From: Promethearchaeota archaeon
GTDB taxonomy: Archaea > Asgardarchaeota > Lokiarchaeia > Sigyniarchaeales > SOKP01
Length of the DNA stretch: 23,584 nt
Assembly: GCA_019058015.1 (NCBI GenBank)
Contig: JAHLWH010000203.1
Location: 1-23,584, forward strand
Direction: 5' to 3'
Position numbers and translations under genes: made by a program. Each line of letters starts with the position of its first letter. Position 1 is the stretch's first letter. Below are positions 1 to 9,607 of the stretch, in pieces. The notes under the pieces are model-generated. The model made no database searches. It was not told the DNA's origin and was given only the letters and a program-made list of their open reading frames with translations.

Positions 1-765
1 ATTGACTTCTGGTTAACGGATTTACATGTTCCGGAAATTGGAATATTCCAAAAACAGATACTCATGGCTAAATCCCGTCAGTTTCCTAAAAACTTAGATC
101 TATGTGGTTCTGTGAAGGAAGACAATGATGTTGTGGGATTTTTTGGTCTTATGAAGAAAGAGTGGGAAGAACAAGAAGATAATCCTTGTAAAAAGAGATT
201 AGTAATCAAATGGTTTGATTCCGATTCGATTGCTTGGCAAGGTACAATAGAGGAAATGGTTTTAAATAGTTTAAAAGCTACGTTTGGTGCAGAATATTCA
301 CTCCCTGAATTTAAAATGATGGTTAGAAAATACAAATATATCGTTGATTTGGCTAAGCAAAATCTGCGATTTCCAAAGAGATTATTTGGAGAAATTCATA
401 CATTTCCACTTTTAATGAATGAGAAGAAAAAAGAGTGGGAAATTTTTACATTTGATGAGGATGTACTATCTATCGGTAGTGATTGGGATATTTTTGATGG
501 ACAGGATAAATTAATTGCAAAAATTGATGAGAAAGTTGTTAATGTAGGTGGAAAGTATGTTGTTAAATTTTATACTGAAAAAGCATATGAAAATGAAACA
601 TTGAAGAGTATAATATTACTATTTACAATGATGCTCAAATTTTTACAACCGATCAAGCATAAATTACAAAGAACTAGAAAATTACTTAAAAACGGGAAAA
701 TTCCTTTGAATATCTCTGCCCAAGAAACAAAATTATATCGGAACCCTCGTGCTCTAAGGCGATAG
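1..765 (+). CDS. Hypothetical protein with LURP-one/scramblase (tubby C-terminal-like) domain, probably 5'-truncated by the window
   Basis: Frame is open from base 1 (IDFWLTDLHVPEIGIFQKQIL then MAKSR...). The C-terminal segment FDEDVLSIGSDWDIFDGQDKLIAKIDEKVVNVGGKYVVKF followed by a hydrophobic helix (IILLFTMML) resembles the LURP-one/scramblase barrel. Family call is by eye. Confidence 0.55.
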   Translation: MDFWLTDLHVPEIGIFQKQILMAKSRQFPKNLDLCGSVKEDNDVVGFFGLMKKEWEEQEDNPCKKRLVIKWFDSDSIAWQGTIEEMVLNSLKATFGAEYSLPEFKMMVRKYKYIVDLAKQNLRFPKRLFGEIHTFPLLMNEKKKEWEIFTFDEDVLSIGSDWDIFDGQDKLIAKIDEKVVNVGGKYVVKFYTEKAYENETLKSIILLFTMMLKFLQPIKHKLQRTRKLLKNGKIPLNISAQETKLYRNPRALRR

Positions 766-805
766 AATCTAATGTTAAAATAGAATCTTGGAAGAGTAAA
801 AAATA

Positions 806-1129
806 ATGGCCAGAAAAAAGATTTTAAAATATAGAGGGACTTTAATCAAGAGAGATATTTCAAAGTGGGCAAAAGATGATGAAAAAATACAAAAATTCTG
901 GGAAAAGATTAAAGATACTTTATTTTTTCTTATAGATGAGAAGGAAGCAATTATATTAAATACTAAGCTTGAGGATATATACCGTAAATTTAAAGGAAGG
1001 AGAGTAGAAATTGTAATACAGGAGGCTAAATCTAAACCAAAGATTAAGATTCCAGATTTAGATGAAGAATTTGATACAACTGAGACCATATTACAAAAAT
1101 TGAAATTATTTCTTCAAGATGATGAATAA
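806..1129 (+). CDS. Hypothetical protein (107 aa)
   Basis: ATG-started ORF co-oriented with its neighbours and followed by a T-tract; no recognisable motif. Confidence 0.7.
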   Translation: MARKKILKYRGTLIKRDISKWAKDDEKIQKFWEKIKDTLFFLIDEKEAIILNTKLEDIYRKFKGRRVEIVIQEAKSKPKIKIPDLDEEFDTTETILQKLKLFLQDDE

Positions 1130-1220
1130 ATTAAACTATTTTTTTTACTTTTATTATAGAAATTTGAAATTAACGAATTATTAAAAAATCTTAATTACTT
1201 TTTTTATACTTAATAAAATT

Positions 1221-2543
1221 ATGGACTTAGAAATATTTCCAATCAAAACTCTAAAAGGAAGAATTACAACCCCGCCGTCAAAAAGTCATTCTCATAGAGC
1301 TTTTTTTATTGCAGGGTTAACTGAGTCAATTTCAGTTATAAATAATCCTCTATCATTAGGAGATGTGGAGGTAACAATTAATGCTCTTAAGAGTTTAGGA
1401 GTTAAAATCCTAAAAGAAAAGGAGAATAAATTTTTAATAGATTTTCATAAAGCTAAACTTATTGCTCCCGAAGAGCCGATAGATTGTAGAAATTCTGGTA
1501 CAACTTTTAGGACCTTATGTGCTCTGGGATTATTAACGGAAAATGGAATCCGACTATCAGGGGAATTTTTAAAAAGAAAACGTCCAATCTTACCATTATT
1601 AGAAGCAATAAAACAATTAGGTGCAGAAATTGAGGTTAATGAGGATGAAATTAGTATCAAACCCGTTAATGTAATTCCTAAAAAAATAAAACTTCCAGGA
1701 GATATTAGTTCTCAATTTATAACAGCCTTACTACTCATTACACCACTATTGAAATGTAAAGGTAGGGATGCTACGATTATAGAGTTAACTTCCCCGCTTA
1801 CATCTCATCCATATATCTATTTAACATTGGATATGTTGGATCAAGCTGGAATAACAATTAAGCAAGAGATTTCAGAAGATTTAATGGGAAATTTAGTAAT
1901 TCCATGTTCTCAGTACTATCGTGGTCAAGTATATAATATTCCAGGAGATTTCTCATCAGCCGCTTACGTCTTAGGAGCTGCAACACTAGCGGAGAATGAA
2001 CCCGAAGTTATTATTTCCAATTTGGATTTTGATAGTCCTCAACCTGATAGAAAGATCTTTTCCTATTTAAAAGAGATGGGAGCCAACATATTAATAAATC
2101 CTCATGAAAAAATGGCAAAAATAAAAAAGGGAATAAGTAGAAGCCCTTTAGAAGACTTTTCAATTGACTGTAGGGAAACTCCTGATTTATTTCCAATTTT
2201 AGCAGTAATGGGTTGCTATACTAATAAGGTTTTGAAATTATATAATATTAAAAATCTAAGAAGTAAAGAATCAGATAGAGTTTCTGGGATATCTCGAGAA
2301 TTGAAAAAAATGGGAGCAAATTTAGAAGAGCATGAAGATCAATTGATAATAAAGGAGAATAAAAAATTAAATGGGGCAGATTTAAATCATGGTGATGATC
2401 ATCGCGTAGCCATGGCTTTAATTGTTGCTGCAATGTTTGCAGAATCAAACTCATATATTTCAAATGTAGAGATTATTAAAGATTCTTATCCAACATTTAT
2501 AGAGGATTTGCAAAAATTAGGAGCACACTTTAAAATCAAATAG
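1221..2543 (+). CDS. aroA: 3-phosphoshikimate 1-carboxyvinyltransferase (EPSP synthase)
   Basis: Motifs PPSKSHSHRA, CRNSGTT, SSQFITALL, PGDFSSAAY, RSKESDRV, DDHRVAMA, SYPTF. Confidence 0.97.
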   Translation: MDLEIFPIKTLKGRITTPPSKSHSHRAFFIAGLTESISVINNPLSLGDVEVTINALKSLGVKILKEKENKFLIDFHKAKLIAPEEPIDCRNSGTTFRTLCALGLLTENGIRLSGEFLKRKRPILPLLEAIKQLGAEIEVNEDEISIKPVNVIPKKIKLPGDISSQFITALLLITPLLKCKGRDATIIELTSPLTSHPYIYLTLDMLDQAGITIKQEISEDLMGNLVIPCSQYYRGQVYNIPGDFSSAAYVLGAATLAENEPEVIISNLDFDSPQPDRKIFSYLKEMGANILINPHEKMAKIKKGISRSPLEDFSIDCRETPDLFPILAVMGCYTNKVLKLYNIKNLRSKESDRVSGISRELKKMGANLEEHEDQLIIKENKKLNGADLNHGDDHRVAMALIVAAMFAESNSYISNVEIIKDSYPTFIEDLQKLGAHFKIK

Positions 2544-2548
2544 AATAA

Positions 2549-2956
2549 TTATCGGAAAGATTTTTGGCGTTTTGCTCTCGCTCCCTTCCCTCCGAATTTC
2601 TTCGGCTCTTTCCTTCGACTATCTCCACTTAATAATGAACTATCATATTCTTTAAATATATTGGCAGTGGATTTACGTCTTATGTATTTATAAATCACTC
2701 TTGCCAAAGCCATTCTAATAGCATCAGTTTGAGCCATTATTCCACCAGATTTGACTTTTACTTTTATATCAACTTCTTTAAGTTTTGGTTCTTCAAGGAT
2801 TTTAAATAATTCTTTAATCCGTTCTTTAGCAATTCTTGGTTCGTGTGCTTCTAGTGGAACAGAATTTATTTTAACTATTCCCTTTCCTTCAGTGTTTAAA
2901 ACGGCTCGAGCAATTGCAGTTTTTCTTTTACCTGATGCATTAAAATATTTAACCAT
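2549..2956 (-). CDS. rps9: 30S ribosomal protein uS9
   Basis: GKRKTAIARA, GGIMAQTDAIRMALAR, C-terminal RRKEPKKFGGKGARAKRQKSFR; conserved operon position. Confidence 0.98.
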   Translation of the reverse strand: MVKYFNASGKRKTAIARAVLNTEGKGIVKINSVPLEAHEPRIAKERIKELFKILEEPKLKEVDIKVKVKSGGIMAQTDAIRMALARVIYKYIRRKSTANIFKEYDSSLLSGDSRRKEPKKFGGKGARAKRQKSFR

Positions 2957-2960
2957 TTAT

Positions 2961-3425
2961 TTAAATCTCAACCTCTCTATTTTTCCATCCAATCCTCGTG
3001 CATAAAGTTTCAAGATGAATATATTTATTCTGCAATCTAGAAACGTCCGCATTTTGAATTTCAAGTGGAGTTAATTTTTGATATCGATGTTTAAATCGTT
3101 CAGGAACATCTGAAATATAAACATGAATTCTCGCAAATGCATCCCGACCCCTTCTATTCTTTGGGAGCATACCGCGTACAATTTTTCTAAAAAAACGATC
3201 CGGACGTCTCGGCCAAAAAGGACCGCGCCTCGGATTTGTGGCAGTATGAATATTAAGTTTCTCTAAATATTTCTTTTGAATTTGATCTTTTTTACCTGAA
3301 ATCACACAGTCTTTTGCATTAATGACGACAATAAATTCTCCTAAGAGCGCTTTTTTTGCGATTTGAGTGCAAGCTCTTCCAAGTATTTTATCTTTTACAT
3401 CTATTAATTTATATTCAACCATCAT
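2961..3425 (-). CDS. rpl13: 50S ribosomal protein uL13
   Basis: ILGRACTQIAKKALLGE, RRGPFWPRRPDRFFRKIVRGMLP; lies between rpl18e and rps9. Confidence 0.96.
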   Translation of the reverse strand: MMVEYKLIDVKDKILGRACTQIAKKALLGEFIVVINAKDCVISGKKDQIQKKYLEKLNIHTATNPRRGPFWPRRPDRFFRKIVRGMLPKNRRGRDAFARIHVYISDVPERFKHRYQKLTPLEIQNADVSRLQNKYIHLETLCTRIGWKNREVEI

Positions 3426-3442
3426 AGATTCATTTTTCTCAT

Positions 3443-3805
3443 TTACACAATTATTTTTACGTTAGATCCACTAGGATTCGTTGATAATAACTCTTGAATA
3501 GAAATAATTTTACTTTCAGTTGATGAATTTTCGATAATTTTTTTTACAGATTTCGAAGCATTTAAACAAGCAATTGTGACAGAATGATCAAGAGTACCCA
3601 TACCAAGAATTTTTCCGGGAACAACAATTACATCTTTGTTTTTAGTCTTATTATTAATTTTAAAGAGATTTACTTCTACTTTATTCTTTCTTGGTTTAAA
3701 AATTCTTTTTGAAACATCTCTCCAGATCCTTCTTTTAGTTTTCCACAGAGTCCGAGCTAATTTCCTTTTATAATAGTCGCTTGGACCCGTTGGTTTATGA
3801 GACAT
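3443..3805 (-). CDS. rpl18e: 50S ribosomal protein eL18
   Basis: IWRDVSKRIFKPRKNKVEVNLFKI, VIVVPGKILGMG, C-terminal NPSGSNVKII; directly downstream of rpoD. Confidence 0.95.
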   Translation of the reverse strand: MSHKPTGPSDYYKRKLARTLWKTKRRIWRDVSKRIFKPRKNKVEVNLFKINNKTKNKDVIVVPGKILGMGTLDHSVTIACLNASKSVKKIIENSSTESKIISIQELLSTNPSGSNVKIIV

Positions 3806-3884
3806 AATATTATTCCCTTAAAATTTATGAACTTTAATATTTTGCATTATTTTTTAAATTTATGAATATGATTACTTTAATAAT

Positions 3885-4724
3885 TTATTCTATTTCTATT
3901 TCCAAATTTTTTAATTGTTCTTTAAAATCATCAATTTTCTCTCTAAATATTTCCCAACTTTTGTTTAGAAGAGTATCAAACGGGAGAACTCCATCTGATT
4001 CAATTGAAAAAATGAATTTATTATCATCCCATTCGACTTTAATAGCCCCTTCAGGACATTCACGATAACATGCTTCACATAAATTGCAATGTTTCCAAAA
4101 ATCCGGAATTAATTTCGGATTACTTTCTTCAGTTTCAACTTCGAATAATTCTTTTGAGCAGTATTTTAAAGCTATACATTTTTGAGTACATTTTTCACAT
4201 TTACGTTCATCAATCTCAATTTTAGGATAAAATTTATATGCAATAGCAGCAACACTTTGGAATTTAGCGTGATCTTTAGCTCTTCCTAATACAGCAAATG
4301 CTTCAAATGTTAATGAAGAACCATGTTCTAATTTTACAATTGGAATATTAGGACTTACTGGGACAATTTTTGGATCATTTGAGATTAAATCTCCCGAGGT
4401 GACGAGAATGATTTCATCTGTATCGTTTTTTACATCACATGTCAACGTAACTGAACATAATGAGCACCCAGCTCCTCCACAAGAACATTCTTGTTGAAAA
4501 TTATAAATTTTTAGATCTGTAATTATTGGAATCATTGCAAGTCTATGTGTAAGAATTTCATCGTAAAGTGGACTATCATTCCTTAACATTATTACTTCAT
4601 CAATTGCCATTACGGGAATTTCAATTAAGATTATTCTTCTGAAGGCATTAGCCATTTCAATCGATACATCTGAAAGTACAAAACGATAAAGACGATCGCC
4701 TTTTTCAATAATTTCTATACTCAT
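3885..4724 (-). CDS. rpoD: DNA-directed RNA polymerase subunit D (Rpo3) with Cys loop and ferredoxin-like domain
   Basis: ANAFRRIILIEIPVMAIDEV, NDSPLYDEILTHRLAMIP, GRAKDHAKF, FIFSIESDG; Cys clusters CSCGGAGCSLC and CEKCTQKCIALKYC...CNLCEACYRECP. Confidence 0.97.
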   Translation of the reverse strand: MSIEIIEKGDRLYRFVLSDVSIEMANAFRRIILIEIPVMAIDEVIMLRNDSPLYDEILTHRLAMIPIITDLKIYNFQQECSCGGAGCSLCSVTLTCDVKNDTDEIILVTSGDLISNDPKIVPVSPNIPIVKLEHGSSLTFEAFAVLGRAKDHAKFQSVAAIAYKFYPKIEIDERKCEKCTQKCIALKYCSKELFEVETEESNPKLIPDFWKHCNLCEACYRECPEGAIKVEWDDNKFIFSIESDGVLPFDTLLNKSWEIFREKIDDFKEQLKNLEIEIE

Positions 4725-4844
4725 TAAAATTTTAAAAGTGGCAATAAAGATAAAATTTTTGATTTTTTTTTTAACTACTTTTCCATTTAAACTTGGTTAA
4801 ATCTAATTTAGAATTAAAAAAAAATGTAAAAATTATTTTTTTCT

Positions 4845-6122
4845 TTACTTGGTCAAATATAGGAATCGTTCTAAATAATACAACCAGACTTGACCAAAAT
4901 TTGTACTAAAAAATATATCACTTGCATGTCCCGCTAGGGGAAATAATAAATTACAGCATGTTATTCCCACGTTATCGCACGCATTTTTAATTTCAATAGA
5001 ATTAGAAAAATCAACAAGCTTATCACTCATACCTTGGTAAATTAAAATGGGAGGATCATTAGCATCGATAATGGCGGTCGATGAATATGCATCGAATAGT
5101 TCTGGGTCAGTTTCAGGACTACCTGGTAAAAGTCCACTCGCTCCAGCCCATAAAACATTACTTGGAGGATATAATGGAATTATTCCTTTAATATTTATAT
5201 TTTCACTAAAAGTTCCATTAAAATAATCCTCATTATAACCAAATCCAGTAACACAAGTTAAATGACCTCCCGCAGAATTTCCCATTATATAAACACTTTC
5301 AAGATTTGCATTATATTCTGCAGCATAATTGTTTTCTAAGAGTTTCGTGAAAATTCCAATTTGATTAACCATATCAATAAAAGTATAATTCCCAACAACG
5401 TTTTCTGGTGTAATGATTGCTAATGCACCTAATGAACCTGTATCTCTTAAGCCATATTGAATATCAAATACTACATATCCCTGAGCTGCAAGATATTTAT
5501 TTACAACTGGCATATTACCAGCGCTTTTATCTCCTGCAACCCAAGCTCCTCCGTGAATTTTAATGATTGTGCTTCTCTTTCCTGGTAAATTCTCATCAGA
5601 TTCCTTTGGCATATATACATCGAAATATAGGGTAACTTCCTCGTCTGGATCTTCATAATATGCAATATCTTCTATGATCTGGCATTCTTTATGTGGGACT
5701 CCTAAAAATTGTTGTGGAATATTAAAAGGTGAATGCATAAAAAAAGACTTAACGTCATCTGGAATTGTAATTTCCCAATTTTCACCAAATCCTGCGCTAA
5801 ATTCGGCATTTGCATTTGAAATCGAGACCGGTGTTAAAAGAAGTGGTACTGAGTTTAATCCTGCAATTGTAAAGCCAATTATCATAATCGCAAAAAATAT
5901 TTTTGGATGATTTCTTTTACCTATTAATTTTAATAAAAGAAATGTTGCAGCAATCACGATGAATAAGAGAAATTCACTAATTTGTGCCATAAACCAATTT
6001 ACAACGCGAGAAATTGCATCCGTTCCGCCCACATATATCTGAAAAATAGAATATACTCCTATTATAAATGCTAAAGCACAGAGAATTGCCAAAATGATTT
6101 TTACAATTCCTAGTTTATTCAA
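4845..6122 (-). CDS. Membrane-anchored alpha/beta hydrolase (HSL-like esterase/lipase)
   Basis: Three N-terminal hydrophobic segments; HGGAW oxyanion motif, GNSAGG nucleophile, QGMSDKLV Asp, AGHASD His. TTG at 6122 is preferred over the track GTG at 6134 because GAGGTG (6137-6132) lies 9 nt upstream of it. Confidence 0.9.
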   Translation of the reverse strand: MNKLGIVKIILAILCALAFIIGVYSIFQIYVGGTDAISRVVNWFMAQISEFLLFIVIAATFLLLKLIGKRNHPKIFFAIMIIGFTIAGLNSVPLLLTPVSISNANAEFSAGFGENWEITIPDDVKSFFMHSPFNIPQQFLGVPHKECQIIEDIAYYEDPDEEVTLYFDVYMPKESDENLPGKRSTIIKIHGGAWVAGDKSAGNMPVVNKYLAAQGYVVFDIQYGLRDTGSLGALAIITPENVVGNYTFIDMVNQIGIFTKLLENNYAAEYNANLESVYIMGNSAGGHLTCVTGFGYNEDYFNGTFSENINIKGIIPLYPPSNVLWAGASGLLPGSPETDPELFDAYSSTAIIDANDPPILIYQGMSDKLVDFSNSIEIKNACDNVGITCCNLLFPLAGHASDIFFSTNFGQVWLYYLERFLYLTK

Positions 6123-6561
6123 GATTCCATGCACCTCGATTTTCTAGATTCTTAATATTAAGATAGGCTAAACACATCCCAAAAAGGGCCATGCCGAAAA
6201 ACCCAATGTAAGTTATAAGACCAAGTATTGTAAACATAGCCATATCCGCAGTGTGAACTATGCTTGATAAACCGGTGTTTATTAATAAGAAAATCCAAGC
6301 TAAAACATAAAAGGCAAGACAGTAATAACAGAAATGATTGATTTTTTTACCAATCTTGTCAGGTTTTACGAGAATTAGATCATTAATAAAGATTAGCACA
6401 AAAGTCCCAAACCAAGCGATTATCATTATAACTCCGAGGATATCCCACAGTATTGAGTAAATTGGGTAAGCGAAATATATGATCCCTAGAATTACTGTTA
6501 TCAGATTTATTAATAGAATAAAAAAGTTGTAAATTTTAAATTGTTCTTTTTTTAATTTCAT
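6115..6561 (-). CDS. 4-TM integral membrane protein, translationally coupled to the hydrolase
   Basis: Four hydrophobic helices; its stop overlaps the hydrolase start region. Confidence 0.8.
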   Translation of the reverse strand: MKLKKEQFKIYNFFILLINLITVILGIIYFAYPIYSILWDILGVIMIIAWFGTFVLIFINDLILVKPDKIGKKINHFCYYCLAFYVLAWIFLLINTGLSSIVHTADMAMFTILGLITYIGFFGMALFGMCLAYLNIKNLENRGAWNLE

Positions 6562-6687
6562 TTCAAATAACCAACTTTTTTTTAATTATTATTTGAAGTT
6601 CAACTACTATTTGAAAATATCTTTTTTATTTCGGTTAGAACTCTTCAATTTCACAGCTATTAAAGAAATTCTCTATAACAAAAATAG

Positions 6688-6707
6688 AAAAAAAAATTCA
6701 AAAAAAA
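6688..6707 (-). terminator. Oligo-T tracts after glyA (probable archaeal intrinsic terminator)
   Basis: T8 and T9 runs on the minus strand immediately after the glyA stop. Confidence 0.45.
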
Positions 6708-6709
6708 GT

Positions 6710-8038
6710 TTAATAAAACTTGTGATATTCATAGGCTTCATTTGGTGATTGGAAGCAATATTTTACTTCTTGGAAATCCTTCCGAAACTCTTTAATTTCT
6801 TCTTTTACTTTATTTAGGTCTTTTTTATCGATGAGAACTTGTTTTATAAATTCTGCTATTTGGTCCATTTCCTTTTCTTTCATTCCCAAACGGGTAATTT
6901 CTGATGTTCCTATACGTAATCCTCCAGGATTTTGATAATGTCTTCCCTGCATAATATCCCATGGAAGAAGATTTCGATTGAGAATAATATTGGCTCTTTC
7001 TAAAAGTCCTTCAATATCTCCACCTAAACCCACTGTTTTTTCAAAACTAGTTATATCCAAAACTAATTGATGTGAAGCAGTATAACCATTTTCTTTTTGT
7101 AAGACGTTAATTCCACTATCATATAATGCTTTACCTAATGCCTTCGCATTCTTTATTATTTGCTCACAATATTCCTTACCAAATTCAATCATCTCAGCTA
7201 GTGCTACAGCTAAACCAGCAACGTTATGTAAATGATGATTTGATAATAATGCTGGAAATGCTGAGAATTTCAAATTTTCAACAAGACTTTCATCATCAGC
7301 TACAACCATACCATGTTGAGGTCCAGGAAGTGTTTTATGAGTGCTTAAACTCATTACTTCAGCTCCTTCACGAAGTGGATCTTGAAAGAATCCAGCACCA
7401 ATCAATCCAGCCACATGTGCGGCATCGTACGCAACATGAGCTCCTACTTCTTTTGCAACTTCACTTAACTCCTTTACTGGGTGTGGAAACAAGAAGACGG
7501 ATCCTCCAAATAAAATCAATTCTGGCTTAAATTCTCTCATTAACTCAGCAGAACCATCTACATCTAAATTCATTTTCTCTTGATCAAATTTAAAATATTC
7601 AATCTCTAATCCTCGAACTGTTCCTGCTGTTCCGTTAATTTGCATCCCTGATTTAGTGAACATAGGTGCATGACTGATATGACCACCTTTAGGGATTGGC
7701 ATAACCATCATTTTTCCATTATTACGAGATGTAAATGCATTATATAACGCTAAATTGGCAACTACACCAGATATTGGTCTTACATCAGCAAATTTTGCTT
7801 TGAAAAATTTTCTGGCAAGTTCCATGCATAAGTCTTCAATATCATCGATGAATTTGCAACCAGCATATACACGCTGACCACTCCAACCCTCTGCATATCT
7901 GTGTGAGAAGTCACAAGAACATGCTTCCTTTACAGCCGGGCTTGTAATATTTTCAGAAGCAATCAGAGGAATGCAATTTCGAAATAACTCATGATGATCT
8001 TGCATTATGGTTCTCATATTTTCAATTGTTTTTTTCAA
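6710..8038 (-). CDS. glyA: Serine hydroxymethyltransferase (archaeal type)
   Basis: LIASEN, RYAEG, GGHISH, YDAAHVAGLI, PLP-lysine motif STHKTLPGPQHG, GGLRIGT; TTG start (ATG 7 codons later is an alternative). Confidence 0.97.
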   Translation of the reverse strand: MKKTIENMRTIMQDHHELFRNCIPLIASENITSPAVKEACSCDFSHRYAEGWSGQRVYAGCKFIDDIEDLCMELARKFFKAKFADVRPISGVVANLALYNAFTSRNNGKMMVMPIPKGGHISHAPMFTKSGMQINGTAGTVRGLEIEYFKFDQEKMNLDVDGSAELMREFKPELILFGGSVFLFPHPVKELSEVAKEVGAHVAYDAAHVAGLIGAGFFQDPLREGAEVMSLSTHKTLPGPQHGMVVADDESLVENLKFSAFPALLSNHHLHNVAGLAVALAEMIEFGKEYCEQIIKNAKALGKALYDSGINVLQKENGYTASHQLVLDITSFEKTVGLGGDIEGLLERANIILNRNLLPWDIMQGRHYQNPGGLRIGTSEITRLGMKEKEMDQIAEFIKQVLIDKKDLNKVKEEIKEFRKDFQEVKYCFQSPNEAYEYHKFY

Positions 8039-8216
8039 GAATAACTCAATTCCTTCTTTATTTATAAATAGATAATTAATTTTTTTAAGAATAAGTAAAA
8101 CTGAAATTAAAGTTTATCCTTAAAATTTTTTATTATCAAATTCACAATTTTATTATTTAAATTCCAATTATGGGTAGTTTCTTAAAAAAAGATGCAAATT
8201 GCCTAAAAGAATATTT

Positions 8217-9107
8217 TTATTCTTCTTTAGTGCCTTTCTCTAATAAAAGGCGTGCTTCAAACATATTTAACCTCTGCCCTTTCTTTTGTTTTTCAATGGC
8301 AGCAGCTAAATTTTTTTTAATAATTTCATCTTCTATTGTTTTTCTTTCCATTTGTTTCTTATAAGCGTAATGTTTTTTTGGTTTCCTGACTCTCTTCTTT
8401 TGATTTAGCATTTTTATGAATAATTCATGGTATTCATCCGCTTTTACTTTATTGATGATTAATTCTTCTTCTTTAATTTTCCTCTGGTCATTAATGTAAT
8501 CTATTTCTTTATAGAGTGTTACCATTTTCTCATGGTATTCTTGAGATTCTTTTGATAAAACGTTAAAATTTTCTTTAATATTATCCAACTCAATTCCAAT
8601 AGATTCAATATCCTTTTCGATTTGAAATAATTCATCGTTTTCTTCCATGTATTTTAATAGTTCCTTCCGTTTTTCAGCTAATTCAGTAATTCGTTCAATT
8701 ATACGATTTTCTTCTTTAATGGTTAATTGATCAGTTTCAATACTTCGTTCTAAACGTTCAGTTTCTGCTTCGTATTTTTTTATTAATGAATAATTCTTAC
8801 CATTAGCTTTGTCTTTACTTTTCAGATTATTTCTTTTATTTTTATATTCCTTGATTTTATCTATTAATTCATATTTCTTTTTTTTTTTCTCTTTTATCTT
8901 TTGATTTATTTCGTCTCTATTTTTCCTTAAATCTTTTGCTTCTTTTCTGTATTGCTCAATCTCTTTATTTGTTGAATTAAGATATTTAAATAATTCTTTG
9001 GTTTTAATATTGTGTTCGTCCCGAAGTCTTTTGTAGTCATCTGCTTGAGACTGAATCTCACCGAATGAAAGTTGTTGCGACTGCCTACGAGAATTGTTTC
9101 TACTCAT
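8217..9107 (-). CDS. Archaeal long coiled-coil protein (COG1340-like)
   Basis: Nearly all K/E-rich heptads; family-like segments LTIKEENRIIERI, SQEYHEKM, KADEYHE and C-terminal KKGQRLNMFE. Confidence 0.8.
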   Translation of the reverse strand: MSRNNSRRQSQQLSFGEIQSQADDYKRLRDEHNIKTKELFKYLNSTNKEIEQYRKEAKDLRKNRDEINQKIKEKKKKKYELIDKIKEYKNKRNNLKSKDKANGKNYSLIKKYEAETERLERSIETDQLTIKEENRIIERITELAEKRKELLKYMEENDELFQIEKDIESIGIELDNIKENFNVLSKESQEYHEKMVTLYKEIDYINDQRKIKEEELIINKVKADEYHELFIKMLNQKKRVRKPKKHYAYKKQMERKTIEDEIIKKNLAAAIEKQKKGQRLNMFEARLLLEKGTKEE

Positions 9108-9215
9108 TTATTAAAATACCTTTAATTAGAAAAAGAAAAAATTTGCATTCTCTATTGTGAAAAAATTTTCCATTATTTTTTAAATTTTACATATTATTAT
9201 TTGAGAATAAAATTA

Positions 9216-9458
9216 TTAGAACAAATCAATCAACAAAATGTCTCCAATGGTAATGACTTTGTTAAAATTTACAATTAAATTTTTTTTATCTTCTATTTTT
9301 TTAGCCAATTTAATTTGTATATCATCAATTTTACCAGATTGGGGATTATAATTGAGATCAATAATCTTACCGATGATGTTTCCGGTGGCAATATCATAAC
9401 ATTGAAGGTTTAATAAATTTGAAGCCTTAATGACTTTAATATTTTTGCTGTTTTCCAT
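9216..9458 (-). CDS. PRC-barrel domain protein
   Basis: 80 aa with ASNLLNLQCYDIATGNIIGKIIDL...SGKIDDI...FNKVITIGDILLI, the typical PRC-barrel pattern. Confidence 0.8.
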   Translation of the reverse strand: MENSKNIKVIKASNLLNLQCYDIATGNIIGKIIDLNYNPQSGKIDDIQIKLAKKIEDKKNLIVNFNKVITIGDILLIDLF

Positions 9459-9607
9459 ATATTGACTTAAGAGTGAATTTGAATTTTATTTTCAATTCTA
9501 TAAGTATAGATTGAGTATCATGATTATTAAAATATTGAAAAAATTTAAACCATTACAAAACCTAACAATTAAATAATATAAAAATAAAATAAAAAATCGA
9601 CCTAAAT

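Noticed and set aside
6115-6134. Frameshifted single gene joining the 4-TM protein and the esterase
   Set aside because: A well-spaced GAGGTG SD with TTG start and no slippery run at the junction fit translational coupling better.
78-8364. Short shadow ORFs 78-335, 775-1089, 1445-1660, 2011-2196, 2248-2463, 2751-3005, 3862-4068, 5674-5910, 7126-7530, 8170-8364
   Set aside because: They lie antisense to better-supported genes and have no motifs.
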